DNA of 64,000 nt from Monocercomonoides exilis PA203 (Eukaryota; Protista; Preaxostyla), in the NCBI GenBank assembly GCA_001643675.2, contig LSRY02000026.1, positions 248,001 to 312,000 on the forward strand. Reading direction: 5' to 3'. Made by a program: the position numbers and the translations under genes. Of this stretch, positions 11,340 to 25,190 are shown piece by piece. The notes below the pieces were generated by a model. The model worked only from the letters and a program-made list of their open reading frames with translations. It was not told the DNA's origin and ran no database searches. Every line of letters starts with the position of its first letter. Positions within the stretch are counted from its first letter, which is position 1.

Positions 11340-13565
11340 ATGAAAATGAGAAAAAGATTGAAAAGTCAATGAAGAGAATAAAGATAAAGAGATAGAAGAA
11401 TTCGTTTAGACAGGATATGATGAGTGGAAATTGGTAAGTGAAAATTGCTGAGATTTTGAAAAATGAGGAAGTTAAATGGAAATGAGGAGAAGTTGGAGGA
11501 GAAGAAGATGATGAACCAGAACAGGAAACAATGTGGCAAGAAGGAATACGTTGAATATCTGAATCATTCTATCTGTTGCTTCTTTTTCATGAGCGTTATG
11601 GAGCGCAGATACGAAGAATGTGGAAGTGCGCTGAGATGTGATACAGTTGAGGGAACATTCGCGGCTGAGAAGCCACGAGGAGGTGCGGGAGAGCTGCCAT
11701 TTCCTCTCCAGGGAAAGGCAATAATGAGAGAACAGCGAGAAGGAGGTGAAGTTTTAGCAAGCGGATTAATTATTTGGGAAGACGGGGCTATTAGTGAACT
11801 TACAGCAGTTGATACAAGCACGTGTTTCTGTGGAGACCATGTTTGGCTGTTCTTCTTTTGTAATAAATCAGAAAGGCTCTTCATTCACAGACACTTTCTT
11901 ATGAATCAGATACAGTGTCCAATTGATACTTGTTGTAGCTGCCGAGTGAATCCATTTATTGAGCATGTCTCGAGTACAGCTAAAGATCAATGGATAAACG
12001 CGACTGCGCTCCCAAAGGATGTAGAAGTTCCGTTTTGGAGAATGGTGCAGTTTGAGATACACTAAAGCCATGCTACTGTTTCAGTCATAAATGTTGCTGA
12101 TAAGGTTTCCAATCAAGATGGAAGTTAAGACGGAGTGCATCAAGCTGAAGGGACTTTCTGATATTTCAATTCCAAAAAGATAAATAATAACAATTATACT
12201 GCTTTCAATTGCGATATACGTTGAGATAAGATGATGTACTGAACTATTGGATTCATAATCAAAAGCGAATTCGATTGAAGCAGCGTTTTGTGCAGAGATG
12301 TTGATGTTGGAGAGAAAGACGCAGGAATTGGGAAGAGCACGAAGATCTGATTGGAAGAGGCTCAGATATCCTCTTCAAGCACAAAGAAGTATGTGGTTGA
12401 GGTGAAGATGCTTGTCGGAAGGAGAAAGGAGAGAGGAGGACACAGCAAGAGATTCGTTGAAAAGGCAGAAAAATGAAGACTGGAAATACACGAAGAATTA
12501 ATGGAAGGAGATGTGGCAGTTTGAAAGGGTGCAAAAGTTGCGAAATGCAACAACAATGAGATGGTTGTGACGAAGTGAACAGGAACAAGACTTCACAAGA
12601 TAGATCCAACTCCCATGTTGGAAAGGCAATTCTGGCTGTCATTTTCAATCACTGTTGTGAAGATGAAGGAACAGGAGGAAAGCGGGGAGCTGTAATGGTG
12701 CGCAGAGGAGCCGATGTCTTGATTGACAAATATATGGTAGGCGTTGTAGAATATGATGAAGGTGACTTTGTTGAAGTCGAGATCGGGGTTGGGGTCTGTG
12801 TGGGAGAAGTCAAACTCGCAGATTGACGTGTTTCAAGCGAAAGAATCCTGAGTGAAGCCGAAGGGAAAGAGGGACTCGTTGATTTGGCCGGGGATGGAGG
12901 AGCATCGGAGAAAGAGTTCCTTTCCCCTGAATACATGATTCAAGACGAAGTTGAAGTTGAGGATGCATTCGGACAAGTGCGGCTACGACTTCTCGCAGTT
13001 GAGGAACACTATTGCAACTCTGCCCTTGGAAGACTCTTCGCTCACATAACTGGTGAACACGTACGCCTTAGAAGCGCAGTCAAAGGCACATCACCTTTCC
13101 ATATTAACACAAGAGCTGCTCAGTTGGATGAGCGCACAATGTTGGTATTATTGGAGGAGTGAAAACCGATTATTGTTCTTTGATCTGGGGCAGACAAGCC
13201 AGCCAGAGAAGCGGAGCCATCCAGAGCAGATGGGCAGATAGCCACGAGGGAATTGCTAGGGAGCCAAGAGGTAGAGACTGAGAGGAATTCAAGTTTAGCT
13301 CAAGTGGATGCAGAAAAGGATGCGATAATGATGAAGAGGCGAGGGAGTAGCTTTCGAGAGACGTACGCTCTTCTGCTACATCAACCATTGCATTCGAAAA
13401 GCTTTTTTGTTAAGCCCGTATGGAAAAGGAGCGTCGCGACAAAAGGAGAGGAGCATCAGGTGCGGATATCTGGATGAAGGATAAGAGACGAGGAAGAAAT
13501 GTGGAGAATCAACGGAGAAACGAAGGGAGGAAAATAAAATGAAGATGTTCGTGTGACAAAAGCAT
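11340..13565 (-). pseudogene. Decayed Ser/Thr-rich surface-protein-like gene
   Basis: Fragmented Ser/Thr-rich minus-strand ORFs (12649-12936, 12259-12648, 11564-11884) with composition like the surface genes elsewhere in the window. Confidence 0.3.
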
Positions 13566-14160
13566 TTTTAGTTTTAAAAACAAAAATTTGCAAATTTCTA
13601 TTCAATTTTTATTATTCTCTTTGTTATTTCTCTATATCTTTGTTTGATCAATATATAAGAATAACTAATTTAAAGAATTTTTTGTTTCTAAACAAAAACA
13701 AACCAAACCGTTGTATATTTGATAAATAAAATGTGTTTCTATTTTGTTTTTCCATTTGTGTTTTTGATATTGTAAATTTTTAACAAATGTTTTAAGATCT
13801 TCAATATCAATTTGAAATTTTCTTTGTAATAACATCATAAAACTAATTTTTATAAGAAATTGATAAATTACGTATTGTTCTAATTATTATCATGTTTTAA
13901 TAACGTTTGAACGAGTATTTCGTTCTGTTTGCTTCAGTTTTGATATTTTTTGAATTAGAATAATATGTTTTTTTCTAAATTTGTAATAAAAACAATGAGA
14001 AACAAATTAAAATCAACAAATAAATAATAATTATTATTTTTAAAGCAATCAATTATCATGATCATCATTTTCAATTTTCCAATCAACCCCACCCTTAATG
14101 AAAAAATATTTTGATCAAACTTCGTAAATTTTTATGATATCAAAAAAAAACACCCAAATT

Positions 14161-14240
14161 AGAAGAAGAAGAAGAAGAAGAAGAAGAAGAAGAAGAAGAA
14201 GAAGAAGAAGAAGAAGAAGAAGAAGAAGAAGAAGAAGAAG
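14161..14240. repeat. (GAA)n microsatellite
   Basis: Directly visible; poly-Ser on the minus strand. Confidence 0.95.
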
Positions 14241-14316
14241 AGGGAAAAGAGGAAGAGGAAGAAGAAGAAGAAGAAGGCATAGAAAGTGTCTGTGATATCA
14301 TCTTCATTGTGGATAT

Positions 14317-15707
14317 GGTATAAGGGTACGATATGGGAGTTTTCAAAACTCCTTAAAACATATTTATTTGTAATTCATATGGTCACTATTCTTCATTATT
14401 CATGTTTATAATCATCGGAAATGTGTGTGGATGAAAAATAAAAAATATGAAAAAAATAAAAAAAAAAATCATTTATGGTTCATAATCTGAAGTTTTTTCT
14501 TCTTCTGTCTCGAGCCCTGACGATTCTTCCTCAGTTTCTTCATCTCCCAAAATGTCTTCAATTTGAGTGATTTCGGAATCTTCATCTTCAACTTCCTCTT
14601 CTGCAAGAACTTCTGCTGGCTTTTCCACAGCTTTATACTTTACGATCGTAGGTGAAATATCTTGAAATTTATATTTCAAAGAAGTTTTTACCAGAAACAT
14701 AGCTAAATGATCTGCAATCAATGATTTTCTCACTCCATACTGAGGAAATGATTTGCGCAATGTTCCCCACAATCCCTCTATCGTATTGGTTCACGCACCC
14801 GTAACTGGATCTACAAAATTTCTTTTGTGGCATACAGTTTTGTGAGTGTAATTGTATTGATCCAAAGTGGGGTATGCTTTCCACTCGTCGCTCATAATTG
14901 TAGTACCACTTCGAATTGTTTCCAAAATGATGGGAAGAAGAGTTTCCCTCTTTCTGTTTGGCACAACTTTCACAAAACGAGGACCAGCTCCACCTCTCTC
15001 CAACCTCTCAACCCCACCAAATATCCAAATTTGTTCCTTTCTTCTTCCTCTCTTATATTTTCTTCTCCTCCACACAGCCTCGTCAATTTCAACCACTTTT
15101 CCTTCTCCTCCTATTGGGTTTTGATGTAAATTTCCAAATTTCCATGCAGGAAACTCTAACGACACTGCACCAAAATCCAACAGTTTTCCTATCCACTCCC
15201 AGCATTTTCGAAATGAACTTAATATTTGCACCTTCCCAATACCACAAAATGATTCTAAAAACCTTCCCCAATCCTAATTTGTTCCCAGAGAAAACTGTTT
15301 CATCATATACAGATTTCTTTCTATTTCATTTTGAGCAGTACCAATATCTGTTAAACTTTTCACCTTTTAGAACAATCATTTTTCTTCTGCAACGGACACA
15401 AATTTTCCCTTCGTTTTTCAAGACATTCTCGTAAAACCACCTCCACGCTCCGTCTTCGTCTGTGAAAACATTATCCAGCTGATGCAGCTTAATTATCTGA
15501 AAATCCAGCATTGCCATTTCAATATTTCAATTTTGATCACAACCCATAACAACTTGAAATTGACCTTTTTCAAAAAAAAAATTTGAAAATTATAATTATG
15601 GATTTCCGATGATTATTAACATGTATTATGATGATTAATAATCATATTAATTACAAATAAATATGTTTAAAGAAGTTTTGAAAACTCCCATATCATACCC
15701 ATATGCC
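14317..15707 (-). mobile_element. Merlin (IS1595/ISXO2-related) DNA transposon
   Basis: Imperfect ~100-bp TIRs GGTATAAGGGTACGATATGGGAGTTTTCAAAAC / GTTTTGAAAACTCCCATATCATACCCATATGCC with GG..CC ends. Exact 8-bp TSD GTGGATAT at 14309-14316 and 15708-15715. Confidence 0.93.
14473..15517 (-). pseudogene. Merlin transposase with stops and frameshifts
   Basis: N-terminal CxxC (CVRC), VVEIDE..RRKYKRGR, WIFGGVER, TTIMSDEWKAY, HKTVCHKRNFVDPVTGA*TNTIEGLW. Confidence 0.9.
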
Positions 15708-15806
15708 GTGGATATTCCTTCTCTCTGTGTTGCTGTCCAGTTCTTCAGACGTGTTGAAGGAGGCAGGGCAACAAGGGAATATATTCCTAATTTGAATTTA
15801 AAATCA

Positions 15807-16107
15807 AAAATAAAATAAAATAAAATAAAATAAAATAAAATAAAATAAAATAAAATAAAATAAAATAAAATAAAATAAAATAAAATAAAATAAAATAAAA
15901 TAAAATAAAATAAAATAAAATAAAATAAAATAAAATAAAATAAAATAAAATAAAATAAAATAAAATAAAATAAAATAAAATAAAATAAAATAAAATAAAA
16001 TAAAATAAAATAAAATAAAATAAAATAAAATAAAATAAAATAAAATAAAATAAAATAAAATAAAATAAAATAAAATAAAATAAAATAAAATAAAATAAAA
16101 TAAAATA
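15807..16107. repeat. (TAAAA)n pentanucleotide array, intronic
   Basis: About 300 bp of perfect repeat inside the predicted intron ending at 15787. Confidence 0.95.
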
Positions 16108-18337
16108 ATAAATAAATAAATGTGAATGGAAATAGTATGTTTTAGTAATAAATATTAATAAAAACATAAAAATGAAAAAAAAAGGATAAAAAAGAGAAAA
16201 AAGGAGAAAAAAAAGAAAAGGAAAAAGAAAAGGAAAAATAAAGAAATGATTATTTAAAAAAAAAAAAACGAGCAAATTACATCAAAAATAAGATAAAAAG
16301 CAAAATACAAACAAAATAAAAAACAAAAGCAAACATAATATTAAAATAACATAAAATAAAATAATCTTTTTTTTTTCCCCTTCAAACCCCTAACATTGCT
16401 CTCCTTCTGCACAGTATCATTCCTCTCTGTTGCAGCAGGTGGCGGAGATGTGAATTCACCATATGGATCAAAAACTTTCGTCTTCTGCAAATCTGAAGAA
16501 ACATAATTATTCCCTTTCTTCTTCGTATTCTTCTTCTTTTCTTCTTCCTTTTTGAATGAATCAAGCGAATAAGCCGACGGCACATTCTTCGAATTTCTCC
16601 GTTTCTCCGCTTCCCTTTCTTTCTCCTTCTTCTCTCTTTCTCTCTCTTTCCTTTTTGCTTCCAATTCTTTTTGCTCTTCTTTCAGCCTCATCATTTCATA
16701 TGCTGACCCTTTCATTTCGTAAACATTTCATCAATAGAATTCACCAGCTGCTCTGTTTCCTTTCGGTTTATTTCATCTTCCAGCAGTTCTTGTTCCCTTT
16801 CTCTGTCTTTCGCCGTCTTCTTCTTCTTCTTGTAGGAAGAATGGGATATCAGGGAAGTGCCTGGAAAACATATTGGTTTGAGTAATATTTAAATGAATGA
16901 ATGAATGAATGAAGAAAGAAAGAAAGAAAGAAAGGAAAAAAAAAAAAAGAAAGAAAGAAAGAATAATAATAATAATAATAAATATAAATACAAATTGTTC
17001 GAATAAGTGTGAATTAAAGAGAAGAACGGAAAATGAGAAATATATCAAAATAAATAAAAATTTATTGGGGGAAAAAAAAATGGAACAAAAAATTCTTTTT
17101 CTCAATTCGAAATATCTTCCTCTTTTTTTAAATAAAAAATAGTAAATAAAAATTCTTTCCCCCTTTTCCAAAAAGATAAGAAAAGAAAGATAGAAAGAAA
17201 GAAAGAAAAACAAACCATCATAACCAGAATACAAAATCGATGCTTCTTTCTCTTCTTTCTCCTTCTGCTTCCTCTCTTTCTCCTTCGCTTTCATCAGCTG
17301 AACCATCTCTTTCTTCACAGGAATGCGAAAATCAGCATGCGAAGAAGGAGGAAGAAGAAGGATAAGATGAAGAAAAAGAAGGTGAAGAAGGTGAAGGAGA
17401 AGGAGGAAGAAGGAGAAGAAAGAGAAGTAGAAGACGACGAAGAAGAAAAAGAAGAAGAAAAAGGTACCTAGGGGAGTATGGAAGAAGTAGTTGAAGAAGG
17501 TGGAGGAGGAGGAGGAATATTCAGAGGAGGTTGAAGAAAAGCATCATCAGCTGCATTTGTTGTGTGTGCATTCACATTCTGTTCTTCAACACTATCTGTT
17601 GAATAATATGAAGAAGAAGATGATGACGACGAAGGAGAAGATGAAGGCAACGTTTGTGAGTTAATTTCAACATCACTTGCTTCTGTGTTTGTATTTAGCT
17701 TATTTCAGGATTTATCATCCTCTTCTTCTTTTCTTTCTCTATCCTTCCTCTCTTTTCCTTCTCCATCTTTTCTCTTTCTTTCCTTCTTACTTTTCTCCTT
17801 TTCTCTCATCCTCCTTGCCCAGATCTCATCCTCTCTGTCTTCCAGTGCCTTCATTCCTTTCTCAGCAAACCTCAGCTCCTGCGGATATTTCAGTATGCGA
17901 GCTAAAATCCCCTCTTCTCCGTCGCACACAAGCTTCTCTATGTCCCATCCATCAACAGGCAGCAGCAATACGCTGTCTTCCATCGTGCTTCTCTGCAGGT
18001 CTCAACACAGCCGACCCAGTGGTGGAGAAGAAAAGGAAGGGTGAGGCGGGGCGAACAAGGTGGTTCTTGAGGAACAGAAGAAGAGGAAGAGGAAGAAAAC
18101 GAAGAAGAAGAATATGTAACTGCGTATGAATGTGGAGAAGATGTCGAAATAGTCAGTCAAGTCTTTGCTGAAGAAGACGAAAGAGATGAGTTTCGCTTCT
18201 GACTTGCTGCTGGCTTCCTCTTTTGCCTTTTGATTTCAGCAGCATTTTGCGAGAAGGTTGAGCATGGATGCGCAATAGAGATCGGTTTGAGTGTGTGGCT
18301 GCCGTGCTACTTGTGTGTCCGTGCAAGTGGCTGGCGG

Positions 18338-19957
18338 GGATGAAAAAATTGTTTGATAACAGATGTATTTTGAAGAAGTTGGTGAAGATTGTCAAATGCC
18401 TCAGTAACATTCTGTTGCTGTCTGCTTCCAAATCCACAAAAGTCTTCCCATTTGTTGATCAGTGATGGGACCCACGAACGCACTGCCATTCCATCTCTTG
18501 CCGATTGATTACAAACATTTATAACACCTGAAAATGTATTCTTCAAAGATGTTTGTTTGTTGAATAAAGATGGTCTTTGAATTGTTATAGAAGAGAAGCA
18601 TTGAAGAAGAGAAGCCAAAGAGAAAGTGTTGACTATATTGATTAATCCTTTTGTTGATGCTGATAATGAAGTGTTTGAAGATATGATTTCTGAAGAGGTC
18701 GATGAAGAAGGAGAAGAACTTGAATGAAGAAAATTTGTTGGATTGTTATTTATTGTGATTTGTGTGGTATTTTCATGATGAGAAATAATACTCTCATCGG
18801 TTGGTGTGTTATGTTGAGATGAATAAGTGTTGTTCTCTTTTGAAAATGAAGAAAAGAGAGTTTGAAATGCTTGAGGTGGAATTAACGTGGGTGAAGTGGC
18901 ATAATCAACTAATTGCTCACTCACAAACTCATTATCATTTTAAAATGATGAAGAATTTATTTTTTCTTTCAATTTTTTTGAAATTGAAATTTGTGAAGAA
19001 GTTTTTGATTTGAATATTTTGTGAATTGGTATTGGAGATGGAGAAGAATGACGTTTTTGATGTGATTTATTTGTTTTTCTTTTTGTTTAACCCCTTTCTC
19101 TCCTTATTGGAGTGTTGATTGGAGCATCAACAGCTTGAGAAGGAGAAGAATTTGAAGAAGAAGAATTTTTTTCTGAAACGACATTTGATTTTTTATTTTG
19201 TTGAAATGATGTTGAAGATAAAGAAGATTGTTTTTTATTTGTAGAAGAGTTTTCTGTAATAATTTCATCTTCCCACGCTGCTTCGTCAATAAATCTGGCG
19301 TAATCTGGCTCAGCTCGCTGCTTTTTCTTTACTGATTGAAGAGAAGTTGAGGCTTCAGTGGAATGGGCTAACATCCAGTTGTTGCCCTTTTCCCAATCCT
19401 GTTCATTTAAGCCTTAAACAAACACAGAAAATTATTCAAAAAAATTCAAATAAAAACAAACCACTTTTGCAAGATGGAAGATGAGGTTTTTGAGGCGGGA
19501 TGATAAACCCTTGGTTTTTTTTCAGCGTTTGTTTGACATACATAAATTTCCCCTTTGTGACATCATATCCATAGTCCTGTAAATCGGATAATGATGTGTT
19601 GCGAGACAGCGCTTGAAGCATTGTTGTCTGAGTGTGCAACGGAGCGTTGTTGTACACCACAGACAGGTCTTCCAGCAGCTTTATGTGATATTCTGTTTCA
19701 AAAAAAATAAATAATAAACAAAAAAAAGAAAAAAATAACAGAGAGTGAAAATAATATTTTTATCACAATTTTTAAAAATATAAAACCAAACCATTCATAG
19801 ACTTCGGAATATCATTAATTACTGAAGATGATTGCCTGTTAGTGTAAAACAAATAGTCAAGCAACGAATCCACGTCATCTCCACCGATGCGCTTGATTTC
19901 TTACCACAGAACATTGCATCGAGAATTCAATGTCGAATCGTGTTTTGAAAACGACAT
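18338..19957 (-). pseudogene. Second, 3'-truncated copy of the USP-transposase gene
   Basis: Near-identical N-terminal peptides (VVYNNAPLHTQTTMLQ, MLAHSTEASTSLQS). Same two introns (19693-19791, 19413-19461), in-frame TAA in exon 1, frameshifts. Cys box decayed to GLINIVNTFSLASLLQCF; homology stops near FFHP. Confidence 0.9.
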
Positions 19958-22169
19958 TTTTCTCTAATAAATGTTTTCTTATGGTTAATCACAATTATTC
20001 TTAAAAAAATTTTTTTAATTTATAAAAATATGTATTGTTATTTTTTCATTATTTGACTATTTCCAAAATCGTTAAAAATTTTTTTTAACGTGATTTGAAT
20101 TAGTAAAAAAAATATTAAAAAATCTCATTTCAGAAAAAAATTTAAAAATTTTTTGAACACTTTTGTTGAAGTTTTATTGAAAATTCATCACATAAATGAA
20201 TATGTCTTATGAAAAAAATCATTCTCATATAAAAAATATTTAAATAAATATTTTATATCATTCTTGAATGAAAAAAGGATCTGACCCATGATCCGAATTT
20301 CCAAGGTGTCAAAAAGATCAAAAAAATAAGCTGTAAAGGGCAAATGCAGATAGAAGAATGCAGTTTTTTGGCAATAGATGAAGTTAAAATGGTGAAAGCA
20401 ATCATTTTATGCAAAAAAAGATTCCTGAGGATTCTGTCATTTTGTGTTCGCCATTGTTTGTACAAAGAAATAGAGCTGATGCTCTTCAAATACAACGTTT
20501 TAAAAATCAAAAAAAACATTTTACTAACTCTTATCACGTATATAACAATTAGACAAACAAAAAAAATTTTTCTGATATTTGTTTTTTTTTTCGATTTACA
20601 CTCAAAAATTCAAAAAGATATGGTTCTGATTAAAGCAGGAGTTTTGTTTCTTTCATTTTTTCAAAACCACTTGCTTTTCCAACTTTTTACAGGTTTGCTT
20701 AAACTTTCTATTTTGTAATATTTATGATAATATTACAGTTTTTTCATTATTTTGGAAAACTGCTCAGTTTGCTTCCTTTTCTTTGAAAAGGAACCTAGCT
20801 TATTGATCATTTGACAAATCTTCTCGTTGGAGAGCATCATAATGAGAAAGGAGCATATTTATGTATAGCAATTAGGAAATAGGGAATAAGTGCAAGTTCT
20901 GTGCTTTTCATAATTTTTTGACTGGAACAAAAGATTAAAACAAATTCAAATGATGTTTTATTGAATGTCGATATAAGGATAGAATTCTGTGAAGGACAAA
21001 ATCTGCACAAAATTATATAGCATTTTGGAGCATAAGGCAAATGGAGCAGTTTGTGGCATTTTTTTGGACAAGGAAAGTGGGTGGAAATATCGAGGGAAGG
21101 ATATTAATTACAAAAAAAAGACAAGAATTCAACTTAAAAGGAGAACCCCAAAATATCGGTTATATTTATAAGGTTTTCCTATTGCTCAGACTGGGCAGAC
21201 AGACATGGAAGGCTGCGAAATTCTATTTGTGATTCCGCTTTTGCTTCAAAAGAGTGGAGAAACGCCAACTACGAGACATCCAATTGTCGAATATTAGTTG
21301 GCGGTCGAAGGGCATTCTGTTCAACTACAACTGGATTTCACTGCTGAAAGAATTTATGATTTCAGCAAACAGCAAGCTTGACATTGATAATTTGGTGTTT
21401 CTGTTTGCCAAACATTCATTTGACCATCAAATCCATCTTCTCTTGCAATTCCTCCTCCTCTTCTTTTTCCTGAATATCTGTGTCTTCTCCGTTGCGTGCC
21501 AATATCTTCAAGGGTAGTCTCGAACTGAACAACCTGGTGAATGAGAATTCTCAACTCTTTTCATTTGAGGCTGCTGCATGGAATCAGAGCACGTTCAGCA
21601 TGTTTCTCTTCTGTCATCGCTCCTCATTCATCCTTCCTTCTCTCTGCCTTCTCACATTTTTCCCTTCGCTGATTGTAAGATCCTCCTCTTTGTGTTCTTC
21701 CAGCTTGCCTCGATGCAGCTATTTCCTCTTCATTTTGTGAATGTATTCACAAGTAGAGTTTTGTTGCAGCTCATTGGGAAGAGTGAGAAGTGTGAATGAG
21801 AGGGATGGAGGGAGGGAGAAAAAAGAATGAAGGAAGGAAGTTGATCAGGCAGATGGTCTTTGGATTTGATTATTGGGATGCTACAGTAGAAGTAGAGGAA
21901 GCATAGAAAGAAAATTGAGTCGATGATGATTAATTTGTTTGATCTAAAACACTGGGATTGAAGTATTGAAAGGCATGAATTATTATATTTTCAATATTTT
22001 TTTATTATTTTCTTTTGATATTTTTGTGAAATAATGCGTTTCCTCTTTTTTTATTCTCAATCAGAACCCGACGAATAGAAACATTTTCGCACCATTCTGC
22101 CTCTTCTTTGACTTCATCGTTTGTGTTCTCTCAGGGATAGCCATTGGGACAGACGATACAACGCTGCTG

Positions 22170-25100
22170 AAGATACCACCACAGGAAAATGTGCAGACTG
22201 AGGTTGAGCTGCAGACGTGTGGGACTGGTCCACGGAGCGTGTGCGGGTACCTGGTTGTGAAGAATGTGCTCCAGCCTTTGTCAATTCTGCTGGCTGTTCT
22301 CGCGGGTGAGGTGATGCGTTCGCTTGCTGTTGGGGCGCTGATAGGGAGTGTGTGTAGGGAGGAGTTGTACTTGGCAGCGAAGGGGGTGCTCCTGCGCACG
22401 CGGATCTATGGCGCGTGTGGGGCAGCAGAGTATCTGATGGGAGCAGAAAAAATTGTTCCATGGGCTTGTGGTGGTTGAGGCGACGCATATGCAGAATGTG
22501 GTACTGTCGTGTGCTATGTCGGAGCTGGCGGCGTATTTCGTGGCGGTGGCGTGTGGATTCTCGCTCAATGAGATGCTGATGAAATTCAGAAGAATCCCGT
22601 CGATTGCACTTCCACTGCTGAAAAAAGCATATTGTGGAGATGATGATAATGGAGATTGCGGAAGTACAAAGTGCAGGAGTCGATTGGGCTGTTTGAGCAG
22701 AAGATGCAGTAGCAGCGGCAGAACCTGGCGCGGATGCGGGAGTTTGATAAGCTACGAAAGACAGTGCGGACAGCTGGGGCAGCAGAAGGGGTGTCGCCGA
22801 CGCTGTTGCTGCTGAAGCCGCGGGGGGAGTTCTTTAAGGAATCGGAGCTTTCGTGCCTGACGACGGTGCAGAAGAAGATGAATGCGGGGGAAGAGTACAA
22901 GATGTCAGTGATGCTGCGGGAGGACGAGAAGGAGCGGGAGCGGAGGGAAGGGGCAGTGAAGATGCGGGAGATATGGCGGGGGCTGAACCGAAAGCTGGGA
23001 GAGAACAACGCGAAGAGGAGGGCGATGGAGATGAGCGAGACTATGCTTGCGAGGCAGAGGAGAGAAGAAGCGAGGAGAAATTTCTATTTGGAGTAAAAGC
23101 AGAAAGGGCGAGAGTGGTGGGGAGATGGGTAGGGTGTGGAAGAGCATACGAGAAGAGGATCAGAAGCAGAAGCAGACGACGGAAGAGATGAAGGGGAAGA
23201 GGGGAGAAGAAGGAGAAGAAGGAGAAAGGAGAGAAGGCAGCGAGAATTGCGGCAGGATGGAGGATGAGAGAGGAGAATGAAAGGAGGCAGAGGGAAGAAC
23301 AAAGATTGAAAGAGGAAGGAGAGATGAGGAGTTTGAAAAGGATTTTGAGGGAGAGACGCCGAGAGGGAGAAGGTTTGGAGAAGTGGCGTAGGGAAGGGCG
23401 TTTGCACTGGCGACAGCGAGAAGCCGAAAGGAGATGACGTTTTTGTATTCGCAGCCAGACAGTGTTGTCCGTGTTTATCCGCAGCGGATGGTGGAGCGGA
23501 GGGTGCTAAGGGATTCTGTGCAGCCAGGAGAAGAGGAGGAGGTGTTGCAAGTGAATGTCGATGAGCATTGCAACAGTTGCCACCACCACCGCTATCATCC
23601 TTGGAGATACGAGCGGACTGGCAATGGCGAAGATGCAAATGAGAGTGGAAATGAAGATGGAGAAGACAGAAGTGGAGATGAAAAAGAAAGTGGAACGGGA
23701 GAGAGCATGGAGCATGAAGAGCAGGGTGGAGCGAGGCAGAGCAGAATGACGAAAGAAGCGGAAAAGGAAACACAGCAAAAAGACCAGGACAAGAACCATG
23801 ACGAAGCGTACGAGGATGAAGGGGGAGAAGGAGCGAGAGGAATTAGAGGGGGAAGCTGAAGGACAAAATGGATCCACAGGAGACCAATTAGGGGGGCCAC
23901 TGCAGGCAACGTCGCGGAGCTCACCAGAACTGGATGAGCTTGAGCCATATCGCTTCCGTCCGTATTCAGTACTGCACAAAGCAAGCGAAGAAAAGGGGCA
24001 ATGTCTTTCATTTATCACTGCATCGGAGCCATCGTCAGCCACAGTATCTATGTTTCTGTTTGGGTCGCCGACATCGTGGGAAAGAGGATTGGGTGTGGAG
24101 CCGAAGATAGGACTTGTGGCATCAGATGGATGAAAGAGCGAAGGAGAAGGCCAAGGGCGTTGGACAGAGAGAACGAGCAGAGAGCAGACAGGAAGAAGTG
24201 ATGGGTTCGGGGATGTCCCACTTCTGCGCCTGAGCCAGGTGAAGGGGGTTGAGAAATCGCATCGAGAGAAGAGAGGAAAGCTGGAATGCAGAAGGGCACT
24301 GACGCCAATGCGGGAGAGGTGAAGGTCAACATCTTCTGTAAACACAATATGCGATGAACACTCGGCATGTTAACTGCGATATATCTTCTCTTTTGCTGAC
24401 CACTCAGCCTTCGTTTAGCCATCAGCACGTTATGAATTTGTTCCAGAGGCAGCAGCAGCAAGAGTAGGAGCAGACGAAGAAGATTCCGTTTGTGAATATT
24501 GAGCGCACATTGTATATTTTGTGTAAGGCACGGGATATGGTCACGAACCTGTTCTATGAGCTGAATGAGAATTCGATTGTTTACGACGACAGACTCATTG
24601 TCGATGAGAAGTGCACGACGAATGACTAGCTCGTTTTAGGTACGGACCCCTTTGAGAAGTTCACTCACCAGCACTGTTTTCCGCACATCCTGGAAGGATA
24701 AAATAGAAGAGAGTCTGGAAAGCTTTGTGTGGTTGTATTTGAGTCACAATACGCAGACCAGTTACTGAAGAATGTGGTGGAAGCAGCAGAGAAGAGGGGA
24801 AATGGAAGCTTCAATGGAATCTACCAGTCTGAGTTGGATTTGTTGCTGTCTGATTAGAGCGGGGCAGAAACGCAGGCGAAGAAGTCTATCATATAGTTAA
24901 ATAGGATTGCGAATGAAAAGCAGACTCAGTTCACGTCACAGGACAAGGAAACAGTCGAAGAGGCGAAGTTTTACTCGCCAAGTGTTGAAATCTTTGGAAG
25001 ACTGGTTAAAGAATACTTTTATCTTTGGTGAATCTTGGCTTATTACAAACAAAATTGACTAGATTTTTAAAGATAGGGTGTTTTAAAAAAGCGAAGAGAG

Positions 25101-25190
25101 CCAAAGGCTGCGGATATTCAGAGCTCGACGAGAGAAAAGAACAGAATTCCAGGTGGATCAATGTTGGTGATGGAGAAGATTGGAATAAAT
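22170..25190 (+). pseudogene. GC-rich decayed gene(s), product unknown
   Basis: Coding-like GC-rich stretch with frameshifted ORFs (22191, 22453, 22734, 23434, 23798); no domain recognised. Confidence 0.3.

Larger units (their letters stand above)
14140..17983 (-). pseudogene. Spliced charged/low-complexity host gene interrupted by the Merlin element
   Basis: Exon-like ORFs (17705-17983, 16341-16715) separated by AT-rich GT-AG introns. Removing the Merlin element restores ...QREGISTMKMISQTLSMPSSS. Confidence 0.5.

Noticed and set aside
20299-20309. TTCCAAGGTGT shared with the copy-1 arm (6912-6922), a possible TIR remnant for copy 2
   Set aside because: Only 11 bp with no flanking similarity; expected by chance given the length searched.
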